Positions 9,101 through 16,593 of a stretch of DNA of 64,000 bases are shown piece by piece. Position 1 is the stretch's first letter; every line of letters begins with the position of its first letter. This stretch comes from an uncultured Clostridia bacterium (GTDB lineage Bacteria; Bacillota; Clostridia; TANB77; CAG-465), in assembly GCA_947627255.1 (NCBI GenBank), contig CANQVI010000002.1, positions 47 through 64,046 of the forward strand. Direction: 5' to 3'. The position numbers and the translations under genes were made by a program. The notes beneath the pieces are model-generated. The model did not search any database. It saw only the letters and a list, made by a program, of their open reading frames with translations, and was not told where the DNA came from.

Positions 9101-10413
9101 AAGAAGTAGAAGCTCCAGACAATGTTGTAATGGATACACAAAAATATGAATTTAGTTTAACAGAAAATAATCAAGTTGTTATTAAGAAAGTAATAAACAA
9201 ATTAATTGAAGGAAAATTAAAAATAATAAAAGTAGATGAAAATGATAAACCACTTGCAGGAGTAAAATTTAATATATTAGACAAAGATGGTAATATAATA
9301 GATACAATAGTAACAGATGAAAATGGTATTGCAGAATCTAAAGAACTTGAAAAAGGAACATATTACTATCAAGAAATAGAAGCTCCAGAAGGAATAATAG
9401 TAGATAATACAAAATATGAATTTACTATTGAAGAAGATGGACAAAATGTAATTAAAAACATGATTAACTATTATGAAAAAGGAAGTCTAGAAATCAAAAA
9501 ATATGATAGCAATAACAGAACACTTGCTAACGTTAAATTTAATATATTAAATAGTAATAATGAAGTAGTAGATATAATAGTAACAAATGAAAATGGTGTT
9601 GCTACATCTAAAAAGTTACCACTTGGAACTTACTATTATCAAGAAGTTGAAGCTCCAGATAATGTTGTAATGGATACACAAAAACATGAATTTAATTTAA
9701 CTGAAAATAATCAAGTTATTACAAAAACAGTAATAAATGAATTAATTGAAGGAAAATTAAAAATAATAAAAGTAGATGAAAATGATAAACCACTTGCAGG
9801 AGTAAAATTTAATATATTAGACAAAGATGGTAATATAATAGATACAATAGTAACAGATGAAAATGGTATTGCAGAATCTAAAGAACTTGAAAAAGGAACA
9901 TATTACTATCAAGAAATAGAAGCTCCAGAAGGAATAATAGTAGATAATACAAAATATGAATTTACTATTGAAGAAGACGGACAAAATGTAATTAAAAACA
10001 TGATTAACTATTATATTAAAGGTGCTTTAAGAATAACAAAATTAGTAGAGGGAACAGGAAGCCCACTTGCTAATGTTAAATTTGCAATATTAAATGAAAA
10101 TAGAGAAGTTATTGAAACTATAGTAACTAACGAAGAAGGAATTGCTGATACAAGTAATCTACCTTATGGAACATATTATTATAAAGAAGTAGAAGCTCCA
10201 GAAGGATATATTATGGATAGCAAAGAGCATAAATTTAATATAGTTGAAAATAATGTATTACTAGATGCAGTTGTATATAACAAAAAGGAAGAATTACCAA
10301 AAACAGGTGGATTATTAAGTGAAGATGCACAAATAATAATGCTTGTTTCAGTATTTGCTATATTTGCATATGCAGTAAAAATGTTATTATCAGCATCTAA
10401 GGAAAATAAATAA
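6127..10413 (+). CDS. Large LPXTG-anchored adhesin: signal peptide, thioester-type (TQXA) domain, 12 Cna-B/SpaA-type repeats, LPKTG sorting signal
   Basis: N-terminal signal peptide (MKKIKRLKAKIISIILLVALL...AVKA). Thioester-type motifs AYCID (Cys71, nt 6337-6339), HGYPN and ATQMALW (Gln122, nt 6490-6492). Twelve ~90-aa repeats of the form G-x-L-x-I-x-K-x-D...G-x-YY-x-x-E-x-x-AP-x-G-Y. LPKTG at 10294-10308, then a TM helix and basic tail. Confidence 0.9.
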   Translation: MKKIKRLKAKIISIILLVALLTLEFGPFAVKATAQRLQFYSPGSVSVGYDSYNGKNVFYGNATLGGATAYCIDYTCGLPSGTMTFRDYLSDQGMAILIHGYPNCTAASLGCANNEEAYMATQMALWEVLNRTGESHKSGLIFRVENITPKSGMEGFYSRSVSAAKKLVAMAEADPYTDVPTLVVNTQSAVLNHIGEDALMGPYIVRVDGASKSTIKSITAELEGAPASAKITDASGNPKTSVGNGDSVYVRISASEDSAKFTLKFKADVDRKVGCIYQATGYVQDYVRLDTVPNNMEQPITIEWTKSSTNGRIELTKVDQDDLPVVGAKFRLERVDGTVIGDVETGTDGKITYYNVPEGEYRLVELSAPEGYSIKTKSTNVTVVANETSKVKVENERITGKLVITKIDDANKPLANVTFNIYDSEGYLVTSVKTNDEGKASVNVGYGTYYFKEAEAPEGYIMDDTMYKFTVDAENRTFYKTVTNIRYKGTLLIVKTDDANTPIEGVEFEITDENGNVVTTLTTNNLGRAGVANLPYGKYYYQETKAPDNVIMDTQKHEFSITENNQVIRKDIVNERINGYLKIIKVDENSKPIANVKFNILDSNKKVIETITTDAQGIAKSGKLPKGTYYYKEISVPNGYVLDSKEYEFSIDSKNKVIEKTVVNNLAKGSLKIIKFNNAGENIANVKFNVLDENKKVVDTIITNAQGIATSKKLPLGTYYYQEVEVPDGYVIDNELHAFILTENNQVVTKNVVNKYINGKLKIIKVDENSKPLAGVKFNILDKNNNVIDTMVTDKDGIATSKDLEKGTYYFQEIEAPEGIIVDNTKYEFTIEYDGQNVVKKIVNNYAKGNLVITKYDSAGRLLENVKFQILNEAKQVVDEIVTDKNGVATSKKLAFGKYYYREVSGPDNVIIDKELHEFYITENEQVIHKTVVNELIEGKLKIIKVDESDSPIAGVKFNILDKNNKVIDTIVTDKDGIAISKELEKGTYYYQEVEAPDNVVMDTQKYEFSLTENNQVVIKKVINKLIEGKLKIIKVDENDKPLAGVKFNILDKDGNIIDTIVTDENGIAESKELEKGTYYYQEIEAPEGIIVDNTKYEFTIEEDGQNVIKNMINYYEKGSLEIKKYDSNNRTLANVKFNILNSNNEVVDIIVTNENGVATSKKLPLGTYYYQEVEAPDNVVMDTQKHEFNLTENNQVITKTVINELIEGKLKIIKVDENDKPLAGVKFNILDKDGNIIDTIVTDENGIAESKELEKGTYYYQEIEAPEGIIVDNTKYEFTIEEDGQNVIKNMINYYIKGALRITKLVEGTGSPLANVKFAILNENREVIETIVTNEEGIADTSNLPYGTYYYKEVEAPEGYIMDSKEHKFNIVENNVLLDAVVYNKKEELPKTGGLLSEDAQIIMLVSVFAIFAYAVKMLLSASKENK
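7054..10290 (+). repeat. Array of 12 tandem Cna-B-type domain-coding repeats (~270 bp each) inside the adhesin gene
   Basis: Repeat starts read from the translation: GRIELTKVD, GKLVITKID, GTLLIVKTD, GYLKIIKVD, GSLKIIKFN, GKLKIIKVD, GNLVITKYD, GKLKIIKVD, GKLKIIKVD, GSLEIKKYD, GKLKIIKVD, GALRITKLV. Confidence 0.9.
9201..10014 (+). repeat. Near-identical direct duplication with a 540-bp offset (two-domain unit)
   Basis: 9201-9474 matches 9741-10014 with one mismatch seen (9438 T vs 9978 C). The flanking ~80 bp upstream is also highly similar. Confidence 0.9.
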
Positions 10414-10417
10414 AAAT

Positions 10418-10461
10418 AAAGACGCTTATTTACGATTTATTTCGTAAAAGCGTCTTTTTTT
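10418..10461 (+). terminator. Rho-independent terminator after the adhesin gene
   Basis: Long hairpin AAAGACGCTTATTTACGA-ttta-TTTCGTAAAAGCGTCTTT followed by a T7 run. Confidence 0.85.
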
Positions 10462-10467
10462 ATATAT

Positions 10468-10510
10468 AAAAAAATACTGTAAATTTTATAATAATTACAG
10501 TATTTTTTAA
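10468..10510. terminator. Second hairpin, A-run/T-run flanked. Likely terminator for the minus-strand 67-aa gene (bidirectional).
   Basis: AAAAAATACTGTAAATT...AATTACAGTATTTTTT, abutting the stop codon (10507-10509) of the - strand ORF. Confidence 0.6.
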
Positions 10511-10710
10511 TTAGAGCCATAGCTTACAATATCTGACTTAGAAATAGTTCTTACATCACTAAAGAGGCCAGTAAAATCTAAAACTTTGACTGTAATTGTA
10601 GACTTACTATCGTTAATCATAGATTTTAAAGTTGAATAGCTTTCTTCAATGTATATTCTACCAGAGTATTTTAAGTCGATATAAGCATTAGCAAAAATAA
10701 AATCTAACAT
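10507..10710 (-). CDS. Small hypothetical protein (67 aa), no family recognised
   Basis: Strong RBS on the - strand (AAAGGAGGTTTAACAT-ATG), its own consensus-like promoter and its own terminator. No TM segment. Confidence 0.65.
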   Translation of the reverse strand: MLDFIFANAYIDLKYSGRIYIEESYSTLKSMINDSKSTITVKVLDFTGLFSDVRTISKSDIVSYGSN

Positions 10711-10764
10711 ATGTTAAACCTCCTTTAAAATTTATTGAAGTTAATAAATATAAAATGTATAAAT

Positions 10765-10793
10765 ATTATATCATTTAATTTACATAAGTTCAA
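10765..10793 (-). promoter_or_regulatory. Sigma-A promoter for the 67-aa gene
   Basis: On the - strand: TTGAAC, 17 nt, TATAAT with TG at -15/-14 (TGaTATAAT). Confidence 0.6.
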
Positions 10794-10856
10794 CTGTTTT
10801 TATATAACATTCCACTTTTATTTACATTATTTTTAAATAAAAAAATAATAAATGGG

Positions 10857-10885
10857 TTGCTTTTTTTTTCTTTATTTTATATAAT
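10857..10885 (+). promoter_or_regulatory. Candidate promoter of spoVS
   Basis: TTGCTT, 17 nt (contains a T9 run), TATAAT (10880-10885). Confidence 0.35.
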
Positions 10886-10944
10886 CAAATTAGTTAAGTG
10901 AAAACTTAGCTAAGCAAAAGATAAAATATCATAGGAGGTAGAAA

Positions 10945-11208
10945 ATGGATATATTAAAAATTTCAGCAAAATCTAGCCCTAATTCTGTAGCAGGAGCTAT
11001 TGCAGGTCTTGTAAAAGAAAACGGTAGAGCAGAGATGCAAGCAATTGGAGCAGGGGCTATAAATCAAGCAGTAAAGGCAGTAGCAATCGCAAGAGGATTT
11101 GTTGCACCAACAGGGGTAGAACTAGTATGTTCTCCAGCATTCACAGAGGTTACAATTGATAATGAAGACAAAACAGGTATCAAGTTTGTTGTAGAACCTA
11201 AAGTTTAA
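10945..11208 (+). CDS. spoVS: Stage V sporulation protein S
   Basis: MDILKISAKSSPNSVAGAIAG...AIGAGAINQAVKAVAIARGFVAP is near-identical in pattern to Bacillus SpoVS. 87 aa. AGGAGG RBS. Confidence 0.95.
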   Translation: MDILKISAKSSPNSVAGAIAGLVKENGRAEMQAIGAGAINQAVKAVAIARGFVAPTGVELVCSPAFTEVTIDNEDKTGIKFVVEPKV

Positions 11209-11233
11209 AATAATATAATTTGAAAAATATGAG

Positions 11234-11270
11234 CTCAAAAAGATAAAAAACTATCTTTTTGAGTCTTTTT
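11234..11270 (+). terminator. Rho-independent terminator after spoVS
   Basis: CTCAAAAAGATA-aaaaac-TATCTTTTTGAG followed by TCTTTTT. Confidence 0.8.
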
Positions 11271-11326
11271 ATGATATAATCAGCACAAGATAATAGTAAT
11301 GGTTTGAGAAAAGTAGGTGTAGATAT

Positions 11327-13096
11327 TTGAGTGCTAAGATTATAGATTCACGTAGGTATAAAACTATTACAAAAACACAATTAGATAAGAAAAGAAAAAA
11401 GATAGACAAGGAATTAAAATCTCCTAAAAAAAGCTATCATAAATCTAATAAAAGTTCTTTTGCATCTGAAAGTAGCAATTTTATAACTAATCTAAGAATA
11501 AAGAAGCATAGAGAAAGAAAACTAGAACGAGAAATGCTTTTATATTCAAGACCGCAAAGAACAGTAATAAAAGAACCAAAACAAAAAATATACATTCCTA
11601 AGCCTTTTATTATTACGTGTTGTGTAATAGTTGCCATATTGCTTATATATGTATCTGCTAAAATTATGAAATTTGATGAAAAAATATCAGTAAATGTATT
11701 TAGCAATAATGATGATACACAAAATACAGATGTTAAATTAGAAGCAAATTATAATATGAAAATTGGACTAACTTCATTTAATAATAAGGATGTATATACT
11801 TCAAATAATTTAATTCTTAATGACTTATATAAAAATTCTTCGTTAAGTTTAGTAAAAGTTAAGAAAAACTACGAAATAAATTATCAAGTAGCTAAATCTA
11901 TTACTAAAAATTCTAACGCAGAATACATCATTAATTTAAATGATAAATACAAATTAGATAGTCAAGATATATTATATTCTATTAATAAGATTAAAGAGGC
12001 TGGAAATTCATCAGTATATTATGATAGAATTAAAAATATAAAATCTATAGAAAATGATAATGAAGCACTTAAAATAACTCTAAATGAGGATGATCCGTAT
12101 TTTATATATACTTTAGATTTCCCTATAATAGATGATGAATCTAAAGTTTATGGCAAATATGTATATAGCATAGATAATGATATAGCTACTTTTAAAAAAG
12201 CACCTAAAAATGAAAATAACAATATTAATAGCATTGAAATAAAAAATTATAGTAATATAAATGAAATTGTAAATGATTTTGCAAGTGATAAACTTGACGT
12301 ATTTTTTGCGTCATCAAATAATGATATGCAACTTATTGGAAAAAAGGAATACAATGTAAAAAAATATAAAGATGGTGAAACATTATTTATATTTGGAAAT
12401 AAAAACTCAAATATATTTTCAAAAAAAGAGGTAAGAACTTCTTTAATGTATTCATTAAATAGAGAAGAAATAGTAAAAAATAGTGATAATAATTTCATTG
12501 AGATAATTGATCTTCCATATTTATATTCCACTATAAAATATAAGTATGATATTGTAGGCTCAAATAATTTAATGACTGCAAATGATTGGAATAAAAATGT
12601 AAATGGAATATATGAAAAATATGAAAATGGAAATTATTATAGTGCAACTTTAAGACTACTTGTAAATGAGCAAGATACAACCAAAATCAATGTTGCAAAC
12701 AATATAAAAAATATGGCACAAAATGCAGGTATAAATATACAGATTGAGACAACTTCTACTGAAAATATTGAGCAGAAAATAAATTCTGGAGATTATGATC
12801 TTGTTTTAGCAAGTGTATATTTAAATGAAATGCCTAATGTTGAGTTCTTAAGGAACTATCTAGATATAAATGATAAAACATCTCAAGCATTTAAGCAGGT
12901 TGAACAAAGTAGTTGTGAAGAACTTCCAAGTAATATACAAAATCTAGAATATGTTCTTTCAGATGAAGTAGCATGTATTGGAATATATGCTAGAAATATA
13001 AACTTAGTATATCAAAAATATATTTATGGTTTTGATGATTTAAATTATATGAATATTTTTAATAATTTTGAAAGATTAGGTAAAATTGTAGAATAG
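11327..13096 (+). CDS. Membrane-anchored solute-binding-protein family 5 (OppA/DppA-like) protein with a basic N-terminal tail
   Basis: TTG start after an AGTAGGTG RBS. ~90 aa K/R-rich tail, one TM (FIITCCVIVAILLIYVSAKIM), then SBP5-like motifs (KEVRTSLMYSLNREEIV; GDYDLVLASVYLNEMPNVEFL). The start codon is uncertain. Confidence 0.5.
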   Translation: MSAKIIDSRRYKTITKTQLDKKRKKIDKELKSPKKSYHKSNKSSFASESSNFITNLRIKKHRERKLEREMLLYSRPQRTVIKEPKQKIYIPKPFIITCCVIVAILLIYVSAKIMKFDEKISVNVFSNNDDTQNTDVKLEANYNMKIGLTSFNNKDVYTSNNLILNDLYKNSSLSLVKVKKNYEINYQVAKSITKNSNAEYIINLNDKYKLDSQDILYSINKIKEAGNSSVYYDRIKNIKSIENDNEALKITLNEDDPYFIYTLDFPIIDDESKVYGKYVYSIDNDIATFKKAPKNENNNINSIEIKNYSNINEIVNDFASDKLDVFFASSNNDMQLIGKKEYNVKKYKDGETLFIFGNKNSNIFSKKEVRTSLMYSLNREEIVKNSDNNFIEIIDLPYLYSTIKYKYDIVGSNNLMTANDWNKNVNGIYEKYENGNYYSATLRLLVNEQDTTKINVANNIKNMAQNAGINIQIETTSTENIEQKINSGDYDLVLASVYLNEMPNVEFLRNYLDINDKTSQAFKQVEQSSCEELPSNIQNLEYVLSDEVACIGIYARNINLVYQKYIYGFDDLNYMNIFNNFERLGKIVE

Positions 13097-13108
13097 GAGG
13101 AATAATAT

Positions 13109-14116
13109 ATGAATTTTACTGGTGTAGTTTCTAAAATGGCAGAGCAAGTAAAACAAGATAAAAAGAAAATTGTTTTGCCAGAAAGTGAAGATGCAAGAGT
13201 TTTAAAAGCTGCAAGCATTGTTGCAAACGAAGGATTTGCAGATATTGTACTTATTGGAAAAGAAGATGAAATTTTAAAAAAATGCAATGAGGAAAATATA
13301 GATTTCCCTAAATCAAAGATAGAAATAATAGATAATATTACTTCACCAAAAAAAGATTATTATGATAATATGCTATATGAACTTAGAAAAGCTAAGGGAA
13401 TAACATTAGAAGATGCAAAGAAAATGAATGAAGACAAAGTGTATTTTGCAACAATGATGGTAAAAGCAAATGATGCAGATGGACTTGTAAGTGGTGCAAT
13501 ACATTCTACAGCAAATACATTAAGACCAGCGCTTCAAATAATAAAAGCAGCTGAGGGAGTAAAAAATGTATCATCATTTTTCTTAATGGAAACACCAAAA
13601 AAAGAATTGGGAGAAGATGGAGTGTTAGTCTTTTCAGATTGTGGACTTATAGAGTTTCCTACTGTTGAACAACTTGTAGATATAACTATTGAATCTGCTA
13701 ATAGTTATAGAATGCTTACTGGGAATGAGCCTAAGGTTGCACTTCTTTCTTATTCAACAAAAGGAAGTGCTAAAAATGAGGCAATAGACAAGCTAAATGA
13801 AGTATTAAAAATATTAAATACAATGAATTTAGATTTTGAATTTGATGGTGAATTTCAATTAGATGCAGCTTTAATACCAGAAGTTGCCAAATTAAAAGCA
13901 CCAGATAGCAAAGTTGCAGGACATGCTAATGTTTTAATATTTCCTAATTTGGAAGCTGGAAATATTGGATATAAAATGGCACAAAGATTTGGTGATGCTT
14001 TAGCTATAGGACCAGTTACTCAAGGACTAAAAAAGCCTGTTAATGACCTATCTAGAGGTAGTAGTGTAGAAGATATTATTGGTACTATAATTGTTACTTG
14101 TATGCAATCAAAATAG
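13109..14116 (+). CDS. pta: Phosphate acetyltransferase
   Basis: KIVLPESEDARVLKAA, DGLVSGAIHSTANTLRPALQIIK, SYSTKGSAK. Directly upstream of ackA. Confidence 0.9.
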   Translation: MNFTGVVSKMAEQVKQDKKKIVLPESEDARVLKAASIVANEGFADIVLIGKEDEILKKCNEENIDFPKSKIEIIDNITSPKKDYYDNMLYELRKAKGITLEDAKKMNEDKVYFATMMVKANDADGLVSGAIHSTANTLRPALQIIKAAEGVKNVSSFFLMETPKKELGEDGVLVFSDCGLIEFPTVEQLVDITIESANSYRMLTGNEPKVALLSYSTKGSAKNEAIDKLNEVLKILNTMNLDFEFDGEFQLDAALIPEVAKLKAPDSKVAGHANVLIFPNLEAGNIGYKMAQRFGDALAIGPVTQGLKKPVNDLSRGSSVEDIIGTIIVTCMQSK

Positions 14117-14169
14117 ATAATTACTTGGATAAAAATACCAAGTTAATATATAAATAAGGAGGATTTAAA

Positions 14170-15375
14170 ATGAAAGTTTTAGTTATAAATTGTGGTAGTT
14201 CTACAATTAAGTTTCAACTTATAGATGTTGAAAATAATAACCAAGTTATTGCAAAAGGAAGATGCGATATGGTTGGATATAAGGAGTCTAATATTATATA
14301 TAATAATGTTAGAGATAATTACAAAATGAATGAAGAAAGAGATATGCCAACACATAAAGAAGGTATGGAAGTTTTACTTGATACTCTTATGGATAAGGAA
14401 CATGGTGTTATTGAATCTTTAGATGAAATATATGCTATTGGACATAGAGTAGTTCATGGTGGTGAAAAATTTAGTTCTTCTGTTTTAGTAGATGACAATG
14501 TATTAAAAGCTATTGAAGAATTAACAGACCTTGCACCTTTACATAATCCTGGTGCGGTTATGGGAATAAAAGCTATGCTAGAAGTAGCACCAGATAAGAA
14601 AAATGTAGTTGTTTTTGACACTGCTTTTCATCAAACTCTACCAAATTACAATTATCTATATGCTATAGATTATAAATATTATACTAATAATAAAATAAGA
14701 AGATATGGATTTCATGGAACATCATATCAATATATATTAGGTCGTCTAGAAGAAATATTAAATAAGAAAAAAGAAGATATAAATGCAATAGTATGTCATC
14801 TTGGTGGTGGTGCATCAATTTGTGCTATTAAAAATGGTAAATCATATGACACTTCAATGGGATTTACTCCACTAGAAGGATTAGTTATGGAGACTAGATG
14901 TGGAGATATTGATGCTTCAATAGTTACTCGTATAATGAAAGATGAAAATTTAACACCAGAACAAATGGAAGAAATATTAAATAAAAAATCTGGAAGACTT
15001 GGACTTTGTGGTATTGGAGACCAAAGACAAATGATTCAAGCTGAAAGAGACGGAAATGAAATGGCAAAACTTGCTAGAAAAATACAAACTAATAGAAACA
15101 AAAAATATATCGGTGCTTATATAGCTGAGTTAAATAGAGTTGATGCCATTGTATTTACAGGTGGAAATGGAGAAAATAATGCCTGTGAAAGAGAAGATAT
15201 GGTTTCAGACATGGAATGCTTAGGAATTGAACTAGATAAAGAGTTAAACAATAATGCTTCTGGTAAAGAGGCTAAAATATCTAAAGATTCATCTAAAATT
15301 GGAATGTATGTAATACCAACAAATGAAGAGCTAGAAATAGCAAGACAAACAGTTGAAATAGTATCTAAATGCTAA
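14170..15375 (+). CDS. ackA: Acetate kinase
   Basis: MKVLVINCGSSTIKFQL, GHRVVHGG, FDTAFHQT, RYGFHGTS, VFTGGNGEN. Confidence 0.97.
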   Translation: MKVLVINCGSSTIKFQLIDVENNNQVIAKGRCDMVGYKESNIIYNNVRDNYKMNEERDMPTHKEGMEVLLDTLMDKEHGVIESLDEIYAIGHRVVHGGEKFSSSVLVDDNVLKAIEELTDLAPLHNPGAVMGIKAMLEVAPDKKNVVVFDTAFHQTLPNYNYLYAIDYKYYTNNKIRRYGFHGTSYQYILGRLEEILNKKKEDINAIVCHLGGGASICAIKNGKSYDTSMGFTPLEGLVMETRCGDIDASIVTRIMKDENLTPEQMEEILNKKSGRLGLCGIGDQRQMIQAERDGNEMAKLARKIQTNRNKKYIGAYIAELNRVDAIVFTGGNGENNACEREDMVSDMECLGIELDKELNNNASGKEAKISKDSSKIGMYVIPTNEELEIARQTVEIVSKC

Positions 15376-16577
15376 AAGATTTAGTTAGTACAATTAAAGA
15401 TAATGATACTATATGGGTAATGGAAAATAGGGAGAATTCTGATAGCTTTTTTAAAACTAATGTTACAGATAAGCTATTTTCCTCTACCTATGTAATAGTA
15501 TCGAAAAGTATTGCATATGTTTTCGTACATAAATTAGATGAAGGAAATATAAAATTAATTAGTAATGATAATTGTAAAATATATGTATATGATTCGAGTA
15601 ATCTATTGTATAGATATATAAATGATGTACTAAAAGAGTTGAACTATCCATATAATATGTTATTATCATATACTACTATGTCAGATGAAAATACAGATAT
15701 TATATCTCATAGTGCATATTTAAGATTATCTAGAATGTTTAGAAAAATATATAGAGAAAATGAAAAAAAGCTAAAAATAAAATCTGCTGAAATGAATATT
15801 TATGAAATAATTTCAAAATATAATAGTGATGAAATAAATAAATTAAAAAATCTAGCAGATATTACTAATACTATTTTAGAAAAATCGTTTAAAAGTATTA
15901 AATGTGGTCAATCTGAAGTAGATATTGCAAATAATACTATAAACATAACTAAAGATTATTTAGAAAAAGTTAAAGATAAATATGGTATAATAGACTATGA
16001 TATGGCATGGGATATATGTCCAATAGTTTTAATTGGAGATAATTTAAAAAAAGGCGGTCATGCACTTCCAAGTGATTTAAAAATTAAACCAGGAGATACT
16101 ATATATTATGACTTTGGTATAAAAGCTACATTTAAAGATGGAAAAGTTCTTTACACAGATATGCAAAGAATGGGATATTATTTAAAAGAAAATGAAAGTA
16201 ATGCTCCAAAGGAAGTAATTAAAGTATTTAATACTCTTGTTAATTCAATAACGCTTGGAATAAATAAGATGAAGCCAAATACTCATGCATATGTTGTAGA
16301 TAATGTTGTAAGAGGAAAAATTCTTGAGAATAATTATCCAGATTATCCTCATGCTACAGGGCATCCTGTTGGAAGACAAGTACATGGAGCAGGAGCATTA
16401 ATATCATATAAAACTGGTAAAAGAGCGAAATTAAAATTAGTAGAAAATGGAATATATACTTTAGAGCCTCGTGTAAATATACCAAATGGAGGCTCAATCG
16501 AAGAAATGATTTTAGTAACTAAAGATGGTGCTATACCACTTAGTGATAGACAATTAGAATTATATCTAATAAAATAG
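15369..16577 (+). CDS. M24 family metallopeptidase (Xaa-Pro peptidase-like)
   Basis: Candidate pita-bread metal ligands are present: YYDFG, YTDMQR, HATGHPVG, YTLEPR, IEEMILVT. The ATG overlaps the ackA stop (ATGCTAA). Confidence 0.75.
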   Translation: MLKDLVSTIKDNDTIWVMENRENSDSFFKTNVTDKLFSSTYVIVSKSIAYVFVHKLDEGNIKLISNDNCKIYVYDSSNLLYRYINDVLKELNYPYNMLLSYTTMSDENTDIISHSAYLRLSRMFRKIYRENEKKLKIKSAEMNIYEIISKYNSDEINKLKNLADITNTILEKSFKSIKCGQSEVDIANNTINITKDYLEKVKDKYGIIDYDMAWDICPIVLIGDNLKKGGHALPSDLKIKPGDTIYYDFGIKATFKDGKVLYTDMQRMGYYLKENESNAPKEVIKVFNTLVNSITLGINKMKPNTHAYVVDNVVRGKILENNYPDYPHATGHPVGRQVHGAGALISYKTGKRAKLKLVENGIYTLEPRVNIPNGGSIEEMILVTKDGAIPLSDRQLELYLIK

Positions 16578-16593
16578 AAAAGAGGTAGAGAAT

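Noticed and set aside
11329-11337. GAGTGCTAA half-CIRCE at the start of the SBP-like gene
   Set aside because: Only one arm is present. There is no TTAGCACTC partner 9 nt upstream, so this is likely a chance match.
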